Source: Kiritimatiellia bacterium
GTDB taxonomy: Bacteria > Verrucomicrobiota > Kiritimatiellia > RFP12 > UBA1067
NCBI GenBank assembly: GCA_050949565.1
Contig: JBMNFY010000010.1
Span: 128,001-192,000, forward strand
Length of the DNA stretch: 64,000 nt
Reading direction: 5' to 3'
Part shown: positions 38,614 through 46,714 of the stretch, one piece after another
Numbering within the stretch: position 1 is the first letter of the stretch
How the letters are laid out: every line of letters begins with the position of its first letter
The notes under the pieces: generated by a model
Told to the model about the DNA's origin: nothing
Databases searched by the model: none
What the model saw: only the letters and a program-made list of their open reading frames with translations
Made by a program: the position numbers and the translations under genes

Positions 38614-39999
38614 TCAATTAACGCAAATGGGCTTCTTTTCGCATGTGTCGTCTTCTTTGATTTCAACGCGCAGGTAGACGAGGCCCTTGTTGAGGATCAT
38701 GGCGACGCCGCTGACGCCGGGGGCGCTGTCGGTGAAGCTGATGTAGGGCGGGTTGATGTTGAACGCCGTGTCGAGAAAAATGGGTTGTATTGCGGCGAAG
38801 GCCTCGGTAGCCGACGGCTCGGGCGTGGCGGGTTTGAGATGCCACGAGCGCATGCACAGCAGGGGCAGCGCTGCGACTGCGCAGTCGGGATGTGCGAAGA
38901 GCACGATCTCCAGCGGCTTCACACCACGGAAGAGGGCGAACCCGGTGGCCTCCTGCGGCAGTTCGGGCAGGGCGGGCTCCGGCATGACGGCATCGGCCAT
39001 GAAAACCGGCTTGCGCCGCTTGGACGAGCCGCGCTCGGCTTTTACGACGTAAAGCAACTCTTTCTCCACGAGTCCGGGCGCGAACACAGAGTCGTGCAGA
39101 ACCCGGACGCGACCGAGCGTTGTGTCGAGCACCTCATGCTGTACCGCCAACACGCAGTGTCCTTGCTCTACCCTCATCTGCAGTTTGCACAGGGAGTCGG
39201 TCTCCGTGCGGCAGGTGATTGCGGCGGTGCCTTCGCGTATGGCCGACGCGAGCGGCATGACTCCCGTCGGACGCACTGCGCGCAACGGCAGGACGGAGAG
39301 GTGGCCGAACGGCAGCAGCGGACCGCACGGCTTGCAGGCAATCGCGGTACGGCACTCGGCCAATTGTTCTGCAAGGCGGCGTTCGGCCTCCTCGGCCTTG
39401 CGTTTCAACTCTTCCTGACGGGCTTGTTCCGCAACCGCTACGCCGTCGGCGACCGTGCCTTTGAGCAGGCGGTAGAAAAGCTGGGTTTCGGGCCACAGGC
39501 CGCCCGCATGGAAAAGCGGCCGCATCTCGTCCCGAAATGCATCGAGCGCGGTATGCGTGTAGCGTGCCCGGTTTTGCCACAGTCCCAGAAGTTGATGGTG
39601 CCAGACCGCTTCGGTGGTGTCGGCGGAACGGCCGGCCAGATCGGCGACCTGTTCAGCGGCCCAGACCTCCAGCCTGATTGGTGTGCGGTTGTCGGGATCG
39701 TCCGGCCCGGCCAGCCGCGCTTCCAGACGCACGATACCGCGATCAACCAGCGGTGCGAGGTAAGCGGCGTCGTGGCGCGGCAGATGCCCCGCCTGGCCAC
39801 CGCCCGGCACATAGACGGCGATGGCGTCGGCGTCGTGGGGATTGTCGGGCTGACGCTCGCAAAAGAGGGCGGTGTCGGCAGGAGGAACTGTAGCGTAGTA
39901 GCGTCGGCCGACGATCCAGGTGGGGATCCACCCGAGCTTTTGGGGAAGTAGAGTTGGGGAGGTTTCTGGACTAAGAATCGGAGTGATTTCGGCCGACAC
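38614..39999 (-). CDS. HIRAN domain protein with a possible degenerate ARPP-1/DUF6569-like C-terminal domain
   Basis: IVGRRYY...ERQPDNPHDADAIAV...GHLPR..AAYLAPLVD (HIRAN); GTG start with AGGAGA RBS; C-terminal call is by eye. Confidence 0.75.
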   Translation of the reverse strand: MSAEITPILSPETSPTLLPQKLGWIPTWIVGRRYYATVPPADTALFCERQPDNPHDADAIAVYVPGGGQAGHLPRHDAAYLAPLVDRGIVRLEARLAGPDDPDNRTPIRLEVWAAEQVADLAGRSADTTEAVWHHQLLGLWQNRARYTHTALDAFRDEMRPLFHAGGLWPETQLFYRLLKGTVADGVAVAEQARQEELKRKAEEAERRLAEQLAECRTAIACKPCGPLLPFGHLSVLPLRAVRPTGVMPLASAIREGTAAITCRTETDSLCKLQMRVEQGHCVLAVQHEVLDTTLGRVRVLHDSVFAPGLVEKELLYVVKAERGSSKRRKPVFMADAVMPEPALPELPQEATGFALFRGVKPLEIVLFAHPDCAVAALPLLCMRSWHLKPATPEPSATEAFAAIQPIFLDTAFNINPPYISFTDSAPGVSGVAMILNKGLVYLRVEIKEDDTCEKKPICVN

Positions 40000-40206
40000 G
40001 GTGTTCTCCTTTTTTCAAATTGCGGTTTCCGTGGCATCTGAACGCGTCTTCATAGTGCCATAAAATCAATGGAAAAGGAAGGGGGCATTAGTGCGTTAGT
40101 GATGAAACCCGAAACCACCAACCACTGCCACTAATCTTATGACGTGGCGGGGGTTCTGTGTTACACTCTTGCTGTTTTTTTGTAACCCGTATCATTTGGT
40201 TTTCAC

Positions 40207-41238
40207 ATGATCTGTAAAAATGTTCAGGCCCTGACAGCCTACACGCCCGGTGAGCAGCCGAAAGACGCGCGTATCATCAAGCTCAACACCAACGAGAATC
40301 CCTATGCGCCGAGTCCCAAGGTGGCCGAGGCGCTGCGCACGTTTGATGCCGCCCGGTTGCGCCTCTACCCCGACCCTGTTTTCATGGCGCTGCGGCAACG
40401 GATCGCCGAGATCCATGGCTGCACGGTCGAGCAGGTTTTTGTCGGTAACGGATCGGATGAGATTCTGGCGCTCTGCACGCGCGCGTTTGTTGAGAACGAC
40501 GGCAGCGTGGGATACTTCGAGCCTTCCTATTCGCTCTATCCGGTGCTGACGGATATCCGCGGTGTGACGCGGCGTCCGGTTGCGCTGGGGCCGGGGTTCA
40601 CATGGCGTACGCCGGCGGATGACGCCGCTTCGCTCTTTTTCATCACCAACCCCAACGCGCCGACCAGCCTGATGCACGACAAGGCGTCGGTCTCCGCCTT
40701 CTGCCGCACCTTCCGCGGCGTGGTGATGATCGATGAGGCGTACGGCGACTTCGCCGACGATACCTGCATGGATCTAGCTTTGGCAGCGGACAACGCCAAC
40801 ACGCTGGTGATGCGTACGCTCTCCAAGTCCTTCTCGTTGGCGGGTCTGCGTTTCGGCTACGTGATCGGCCCGTCCGCGTTGATCGGTGCGCTCTATAAGA
40901 TCAAGGACTCGTACAACATGGACATGCTAGCGCAGCTCCTAGGCCTGGCCGCGTTGAACGACCTGCCGCACATGCAGGAGAATGTGCGGCGCATCCGCGC
41001 CACCCGCGCCCGACTGACGACGGAACTGCGTCAGCGCGGTTGGACAGTCTGCGATTCGCAAACCAACTTCCTGTTCGCGCGTCCGCCGGATGGCGACGCC
41101 GCGCGGCTCTTTGAGGCGCTCAAGACCGAGAAAATCTACGTGCGTTATTTTCCCGGCCCCGAGACGGGAGAATACTTGCGTATCACGATCGGGACCGAAT
41201 CCCAGACCGACGCGCTGTTGGCCGCGCTGGACGGCTGA
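40207..41238 (+). CDS. hisC: Histidinol-phosphate aminotransferase
   Basis: YTPGEQP, KLNTNENPY, GNGSDE, NPNAPT, IDEAY, RTLSKSFSLAGLRFG. Confidence 0.95.
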   Translation: MICKNVQALTAYTPGEQPKDARIIKLNTNENPYAPSPKVAEALRTFDAARLRLYPDPVFMALRQRIAEIHGCTVEQVFVGNGSDEILALCTRAFVENDGSVGYFEPSYSLYPVLTDIRGVTRRPVALGPGFTWRTPADDAASLFFITNPNAPTSLMHDKASVSAFCRTFRGVVMIDEAYGDFADDTCMDLALAADNANTLVMRTLSKSFSLAGLRFGYVIGPSALIGALYKIKDSYNMDMLAQLLGLAALNDLPHMQENVRRIRATRARLTTELRQRGWTVCDSQTNFLFARPPDGDAARLFEALKTEKIYVRYFPGPETGEYLRITIGTESQTDALLAALDG

Positions 41239-41257
41239 ACTGGACGGCTGAGCCCGG

Positions 41258-42718
41258 TCACGAGCGCGGCGCACGTGATATTCGGCTCGCGATGAGGCGG
41301 TAGGCCAGAGCGGCCAATAGCAGGGCGCCTATGAGTTGCAACGCGCGGTGGAAGAGGTGGTCAATCAGCGCTTCGGTCTCCGCGCGGGTGCGCCGGACAA
41401 CAGGGTCGATCTGTGCCGCCAGCGCTTCGCGGCTGTTGGCGCCGAGGGTTTGGTCGAAGGTCTGGAGCAGTTCGGTCAGACGCAGCGCGGAGGCCTCAAG
41501 TCGTTCGGCTGCCTCGCTGTAGTCCTGAATGCGGAAGGGTGTGCTCTCTTCCCTTGCCGCCGCCTGTGCTGGTGGGGCGTTGCTCTTCGAGCTATCAACC
41601 CCCATCCGCTCCAGTACGCCGTCGAACGTAGCGAGCATGGTGGTGGCATTCGTGGCGAGTCCGGAGCCTGCCAGCAGAGTCTCCCGTACACCTTCCACGA
41701 GAGGCGTGAGGGTCTTTTCCTGCTCGTCGCGCAACGTCTTTACCAGAGCTTCACGCTCGGCGGCAACCTGGGACGGCAGTTGCTCGGCTGTCGTAGCGAG
41801 GCGCGAGGCGGCCTCGGCAACGTGGGATACGGTCTTCTCCATGCGGCTTGCCGCCTGCACCAGATGGGGCACGTTGGTGGTCCACATCTGGATGACGGGC
41901 TGTTCCAGCGTCGTCTGGCTGAGCAGTTCAACCTGCCAGCGCAGCAGGTAGGGCATGTTGCGCCCGACGAAGAGTGCGCGCTCGGCAAAAAGGCGTATTT
42001 CGGCGAGTTCCCGGCGGGTGGGATCGAGTTTCGCCAACGGGTCGAGCAACAGCGCTCCGAGGAGATTGACACCTTGGCCGCTACTCTGACGCCTCGCCTG
42101 CACGATCTCGATCGCCAATCCTACCGTGCGCACGCCGGGCGGCCAATCACCCGTCGAGTTCTGACGATGCCAGAGGTCGATCGCCTCGCGCAGTTCGGTC
42201 TGCTGCTCCGGCTTAAGAATCCGCTCGCAGACACTCCAGAGGCCGGTCTCGGCGTTGAGACACGTTTCCACCAGCGGCAGTGCCGTGGCACCGAAGCGCT
42301 CCGCATATCGCGGTGTCTCGAGTGACATGCGCGTCTCCATGACGAAGGCGGTCATGTCGAGGAGGTTGGCCTGGATGTTGGGCCCCGAGGCAATGGCGCA
42401 GACGGCCGAGCCCACTGCGAGCTTGCTGCGCAGCTTCTCGGTCGTCGGCATGGGCTCGCCGTTCATTTGGAGCGCGTCGATGCCCGTGGTCAAGCGACTG
42501 ATAAAATCGTCGCCAAAGCGCATCACCAACGACTGAATCTCGACTGGATCGGGACCTTCTTCTTTGGCCTGCACGCTGGGCGGGGTGACGGCGCGGACCG
42601 CCTGTCCCGGCGCATCGGCCGCGGACTGGACCACGCGGCACCCTGAAACCGCAGCGGCAACGAAGAGCAGAACCGCAACCCATTTGTAACCGACGAGGTG
42701 CTTCGTTACGGGTGTCAT
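41258..42718 (-). CDS. Helical lipoprotein of unknown function with C-terminal TM helix
   Basis: VSGC lipobox, coiled-coil segments, hydrophobic C-terminus. Confidence 0.7.
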   Translation of the reverse strand: MTPVTKHLVGYKWVAVLLFVAAAVSGCRVVQSAADAPGQAVRAVTPPSVQAKEEGPDPVEIQSLVMRFGDDFISRLTTGIDALQMNGEPMPTTEKLRSKLAVGSAVCAIASGPNIQANLLDMTAFVMETRMSLETPRYAERFGATALPLVETCLNAETGLWSVCERILKPEQQTELREAIDLWHRQNSTGDWPPGVRTVGLAIEIVQARRQSSGQGVNLLGALLLDPLAKLDPTRRELAEIRLFAERALFVGRNMPYLLRWQVELLSQTTLEQPVIQMWTTNVPHLVQAASRMEKTVSHVAEAASRLATTAEQLPSQVAAEREALVKTLRDEQEKTLTPLVEGVRETLLAGSGLATNATTMLATFDGVLERMGVDSSKSNAPPAQAAAREESTPFRIQDYSEAAERLEASALRLTELLQTFDQTLGANSREALAAQIDPVVRRTRAETEALIDHLFHRALQLIGALLLAALAYRLIASRISRAPRS

Positions 42719-42750
42719 TACAAATCCTTTTGCCAGGCTTGCGGAGCGCC

Positions 42751-42867
42751 GGAGGGACGAGCGTCTGCTCGTCCGGGCGGCGTTTCACGCCGCTTCTGAA
42801 CGCAGAACGTGGAACTCAGAACATTGAACTCAGAAGTGAAAAAACTCCCAACTCCCAAATCCTAAAT
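42751..42867. repeat. REP-like hairpin plus composite heptamer element
   Basis: GGACGAGCGTCTGCTCGTCC; (NNNGAAC)5-TCAGAAGT-GAAAAAA-(CTCCYAA)3. Confidence 0.82.
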
Positions 42868-42893
42868 CGGCAACGCGTAGCACGGCTACGCGC

Positions 42894-44090
42894 TTAGCCG
42901 TTAAAGACTTCCTTATTCACCACGGTCCAGGGCAGGCCATGTCGATTGAGGGCGTCCATGAACGGATCAGGGTCGAACTGCTCCATGTTGAAGACACCCG
43001 CGCCCTGCCAGCGGCCGGTGAGGATCATCTTTGCGCCGATCATCGCGGGCACGCCCGTCGTGTAGGAGATCGCCTGCGACTTGACCTCGCGGTAACACGC
43101 TTCGTGATCACAGATGTTGTAGATGTAGTAGGTCACGGGTTTGCCTTCCGCGTCCAGCCCCTTGACCTGACAACCGATGCAGGTCTTGCCCTTGGTCAAC
43201 GGACCGAGCGAGGCGGGATCAGGCAGGAGCGCCTTGAGGAATTGCAGCGGAACGATGTCGACGCCCTTGTAATTCACGGGGTCGATGCGCGTCATGCCGA
43301 CATTCTCCAGCACTTCGAGATGCTTGAGGTAGTTGTCCGAAAAACTCATCCAGAAACGTGCGCGCTTGAGTCCCTTGATGTGCTTGGCCAGCGACTCCAA
43401 CTCTTCGTGGTACATCAGGTAGACGTTCATCGAACCGAGATCCTCGGGCAATGTGAAGGGGGCCTTGACGGAGAGCGGGTCGGTCTCTTTCCACTCACCT
43501 TCCTGCCAGTAACGGCCCTTGGCCGTGACTTCGCGGATGTTGATCTCTGGATTGAAGTTCGTCGCGAAGGGCTGGCCGTGGTTGCCGGCGTTGCAGTCGA
43601 TGATGTCGATCTCGTGGATCTCGGGCACATAGTGCTTCTGCAGGTAGGTGCAGAAGACGCTGGTGACGCCGGGATCGAAACCCGAGCCGAGCAGGGCGGT
43701 CAACCCCGCTTTCTTGAAGTCGTCATGATACGCCCACTGCCAGTGGTACTCGAACTTCGCGGTGTCGCGCGGTTCGTAGTTCGCGGTATCAAGGTAGTGC
43801 ACGCCGGCCTCAAGGCAGGCGTCCATGATGTGCAGGTCTTGATAGGGGAGGGCCACGTTGATCACGAGATCGGGGCGGTGCTTCTTGAGCAGGGCCACGG
43901 TCTCAGGCACGTTGTCGGCGTCGACCTGTGCGGTGGTGATCGGACGGGGGAGCTGCGCCGCGATCGCGTCGCATTTGCTCAGGGTACGTGACGCGAGCAC
44001 GATCTCCTCGAACACCTCGGGGACCTGCGCACATTTATGGGCAACGACTGCGCCGACACCGCCGGCGCCGATGATCATCACTTTTGCCAT
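42894..44090 (-). CDS. Saccharopine dehydrogenase family protein (carboxynorspermidine dehydrogenase type)
   Basis: IGAGGVG, NVALPYQDL, YLDTANYEP, GFDPGVT, FATNFNPEINIRE, HEELESL. Confidence 0.92.
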   Translation of the reverse strand: MAKVMIIGAGGVGAVVAHKCAQVPEVFEEIVLASRTLSKCDAIAAQLPRPITTAQVDADNVPETVALLKKHRPDLVINVALPYQDLHIMDACLEAGVHYLDTANYEPRDTAKFEYHWQWAYHDDFKKAGLTALLGSGFDPGVTSVFCTYLQKHYVPEIHEIDIIDCNAGNHGQPFATNFNPEINIREVTAKGRYWQEGEWKETDPLSVKAPFTLPEDLGSMNVYLMYHEELESLAKHIKGLKRARFWMSFSDNYLKHLEVLENVGMTRIDPVNYKGVDIVPLQFLKALLPDPASLGPLTKGKTCIGCQVKGLDAEGKPVTYYIYNICDHEACYREVKSQAISYTTGVPAMIGAKMILTGRWQGAGVFNMEQFDPDPFMDALNRHGLPWTVVNKEVFNG

Positions 44091-44345
44091 CTGAAAAATC
44101 CTCGTTCGGGGTTAAAGGTCCGGGTGATTGTCGTGAGCCAGGCATGCCAAGGCATGCGGACATTCACCACTGCCCGTCATTATATGAAAAGGGGGCTGAA
44201 AAAGCAAACGAACGACGAGGGATTTAGAAGAACGCGGAGCCGAAGCCGATTCGTGTATTGATTTCTGGCCCGTTGTTCCCTACACTGGAACCTATGTCGC
44301 GGCGGTCTGTCAGAGCCGCCTGTTAAAGAAAGGGGAGATGTTTGC

Positions 44346-46205
44346 GTGAATCGTTTTACAGGAATCTTTGTGTCCATCGGGCTTGCCGCCGGTTTTGCGG
44401 TTGCGGAGCGCACCGCGCCAGCCGTTTTTCATGTCGATAGCGAAGCGGGGAATGACAGCGCGGAGGGCACGCGGCCCGATGCCGCGTGGCGTACGCTCGA
44501 CAAGGTTAACACGGCCACGCTCATTCCCGGCGACCGGGTGCTCTTCAAATGCGGCGGACTCTGGCGCGGGCAGCTCATGCCGAAGAGCGGTACGCCCGAT
44601 GCGCGCATTCTCTATGGCGCTTACGGTGAAGGCGCCAAACCGATCCTGCAAGGTTCTGTGGCCCGCGATCAGGCCGACGAGTGGAGCGAAGAGCGCCCCG
44701 GTCTCTGGGCCACCCGAAAACTTGAGCCGCGCCTGATTGGTCAGGGCACGGACCTGCGCGGTGCGACGTGGAGCAAGCACAACGAGGCTGGTGCCGCCGT
44801 GCGTATTGAGCGCGTGCAGGAAGAGGGCGCGACCTTCACCCGTGTCACCTGCGAGGCTCCCGGCAAGGCCAGCAATCACATCCAACTCTGGGGACCGGCG
44901 GTGACGCAACCCGCGCCCTGCATGATGCTGCGGTTGCGCGTCCGTTCGTCGCTCCCCTTCACACTGGAGTCTGTGCGGGCCATCCTCAACCGTTCGCCTT
45001 ATACCACTGCCCTCGCCGGCCAGAAGCGGACCGAAGTCGGCGCGGCATGGCAGACCATCGATGTGCTCCTGATGAAGCATGAGGCGGTCGCCGAAGCACC
45101 GCGTCTACACATCAACTTGGGTGACATCCTGCCCGCCGGTGCGGTGTTTGATTTCGAGACGCTCGGGCTGTGGGAGGCGAGCATCGAGCATTGCAAGCCG
45201 ATCCCCATGGACGTCGGCATCGTGATCCTCAACCACGGCGAGAAGTGGGGCGTCAAGAAGTGGTCGCTGGAGGATATCAAGTCACCGCTGGACTACTGGT
45301 ACGATCCCGAAGGGAAACGGATTTTCCTGGCGTGGTCCGCCAATCCCGCCGAGGCTTTCAATAGCGTGGAATTGGCGCTTACACGCCACATCATCAATCA
45401 AGGCGGCAGGCACGACATCACGTACGACGGACTCGCTGTCCGTTACGGCGCGGCGCACGGATTCGGCGGCGGTAGCACCCGGAACATCACCATCCGCAAC
45501 TGTGACGTCTCGTGGATCGGCGGCGGCCTGCAATATTGGAGGACACGCGATAACGGCACCCGCTATCCGGTGCGTTTCGGCAACGGCATTGAGTTCTGGG
45601 GGCATGCCCATGACCATGTGGTCGAGTACAACCGTCTGTGGCAGATCTACGACGCCGCGCTCACCAACCAAGGCCGCGATGACGACGAGATCGGCATTAT
45701 CTACCGCCACAACATCATCTGGCAGGCCGAATATTCCTTCGAGTTCTGGAACCGTGGCCGTACCGAGAACATCCTCTTCGAGTTTAACACCTGCGTGGAT
45801 GCCGGCGATTGTTGGTCGCACAATCAGCGGCCGGACCCCAACGGCGCGCATCTGATGTTCTACAACAACCGTTCGGCAACCACCAACTTCGTGATCCGCA
45901 ACAACATCTTCTGCCGCAGCAGCGACCGCTGCACGCGCATGTTCAATGACTGGCGCGAAGGGCTGACCCTAAACAACAACCTCTACTGGTCGCCGGACAA
46001 GCCGATCATGCGCTGGATGGAAAAGACGAATTACGAGCAATCGGACTTCGTCCGTTACCAGTCGGAGTTGGGGATGGATCAAGCTTCGCTCGTTGGCGAA
46101 CCGCAGTTCGTGAATCCCGCCGCCCGCGATTACCGCCTCAAGCCGGGCTCGCCCGGTAGCACGCTCGCGACCGACGGCGGACCGGTCGGCGCGCGCTGGC
46201 AGTGA
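44346..46205 (+). CDS. Secreted right-handed beta-helix protein (possible polysaccharide lyase/hydrolase)
   Basis: VDSEAGND..G....AWRTL, PGDRVLFK.G, GAYGEGAKP, GNGIEFW, RDYRLKPGSP. Confidence 0.8.
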   Translation: MNRFTGIFVSIGLAAGFAVAERTAPAVFHVDSEAGNDSAEGTRPDAAWRTLDKVNTATLIPGDRVLFKCGGLWRGQLMPKSGTPDARILYGAYGEGAKPILQGSVARDQADEWSEERPGLWATRKLEPRLIGQGTDLRGATWSKHNEAGAAVRIERVQEEGATFTRVTCEAPGKASNHIQLWGPAVTQPAPCMMLRLRVRSSLPFTLESVRAILNRSPYTTALAGQKRTEVGAAWQTIDVLLMKHEAVAEAPRLHINLGDILPAGAVFDFETLGLWEASIEHCKPIPMDVGIVILNHGEKWGVKKWSLEDIKSPLDYWYDPEGKRIFLAWSANPAEAFNSVELALTRHIINQGGRHDITYDGLAVRYGAAHGFGGGSTRNITIRNCDVSWIGGGLQYWRTRDNGTRYPVRFGNGIEFWGHAHDHVVEYNRLWQIYDAALTNQGRDDDEIGIIYRHNIIWQAEYSFEFWNRGRTENILFEFNTCVDAGDCWSHNQRPDPNGAHLMFYNNRSATTNFVIRNNIFCRSSDRCTRMFNDWREGLTLNNNLYWSPDKPIMRWMEKTNYEQSDFVRYQSELGMDQASLVGEPQFVNPAARDYRLKPGSPGSTLATDGGPVGARWQ

Positions 46206-46220
46206 GCATCTGAAGACCCA

Positions 46221-46249
46221 TTGACAACCCGTCCCGATTTAGCTACCTT
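46221..46249 (+). promoter_or_regulatory. Sigma70-type promoter
   Basis: TTGACA-17 nt-TACCTT upstream of the small Cys-rich gene. Confidence 0.55.
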
Positions 46250-46313
46250 TAACGCCATCTGAGACGCTTCAGATTTAGGACCGCTGGAGCGTCGAAGCGA
46301 TAGGAGACGACAC

Positions 46314-46562
46314 ATGAAGCGTATCGTGACAATGATGGCTCTGGCCGTAGCAATGACGGCATCGGTGGCAGTGGCGCAATGCCCGGCTGCCTGCCCGAAA
46401 GCGAAAAAGGCCACACCCAAATGCGAGACGAGCGAGTGCCCGGCACAGGTCAAACAGGCCGACGGTAAATGCGACAAGCAGGCGCAGTGCCCGAAAGCCA
46501 AGGAATGCCCGAAGGCCAAGAAGGGTGCAGCCAAGAAAGGCAATTGCCCTAAAAAGTCCTGA
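46314..46562 (+). CDS. Small secreted Cys/Lys-rich protein
   Basis: AGGAGA RBS, signal peptide (AVA), 8 Cys with repeated CPK; own promoter and terminator. Confidence 0.8.
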   Translation: MKRIVTMMALAVAMTASVAVAQCPAACPKAKKATPKCETSECPAQVKQADGKCDKQAQCPKAKECPKAKKGAAKKGNCPKKS

Positions 46563-46584
46563 GTACGCGTGACTCGATAGGAAT

Positions 46585-46623
46585 GACCACGTGGGACTGC
46601 GTAAGGTCCTGCGTGGTTTTTTT
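46585..46623 (+). terminator. Rho-independent terminator
   Basis: GACCACGTGGGAC...GTCCTGCGTGGT hairpin plus T tract. Confidence 0.7.
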
Positions 46624-46650
46624 ATGGCGCGAATCCATGTTGGCGCAACA

Positions 46651-46679
46651 TTGACAACCACGGTCGCGCGCATTACCAT
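46651..46679 (+). promoter_or_regulatory. Sigma70-type promoter
   Basis: TTGACA-17 nt-TACCAT upstream of the 46715 ORF. Confidence 0.55.
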
Positions 46680-46714
46680 TAGCCTTTCAAGTTGCTCCAG
46701 CAAGGTCATTTTCT

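Noticed and set aside
38503-39951. 482-aa plus-strand ORF
   Set aside because: Antisense shadow of the HIRAN gene, which has a recognisable domain and RBS
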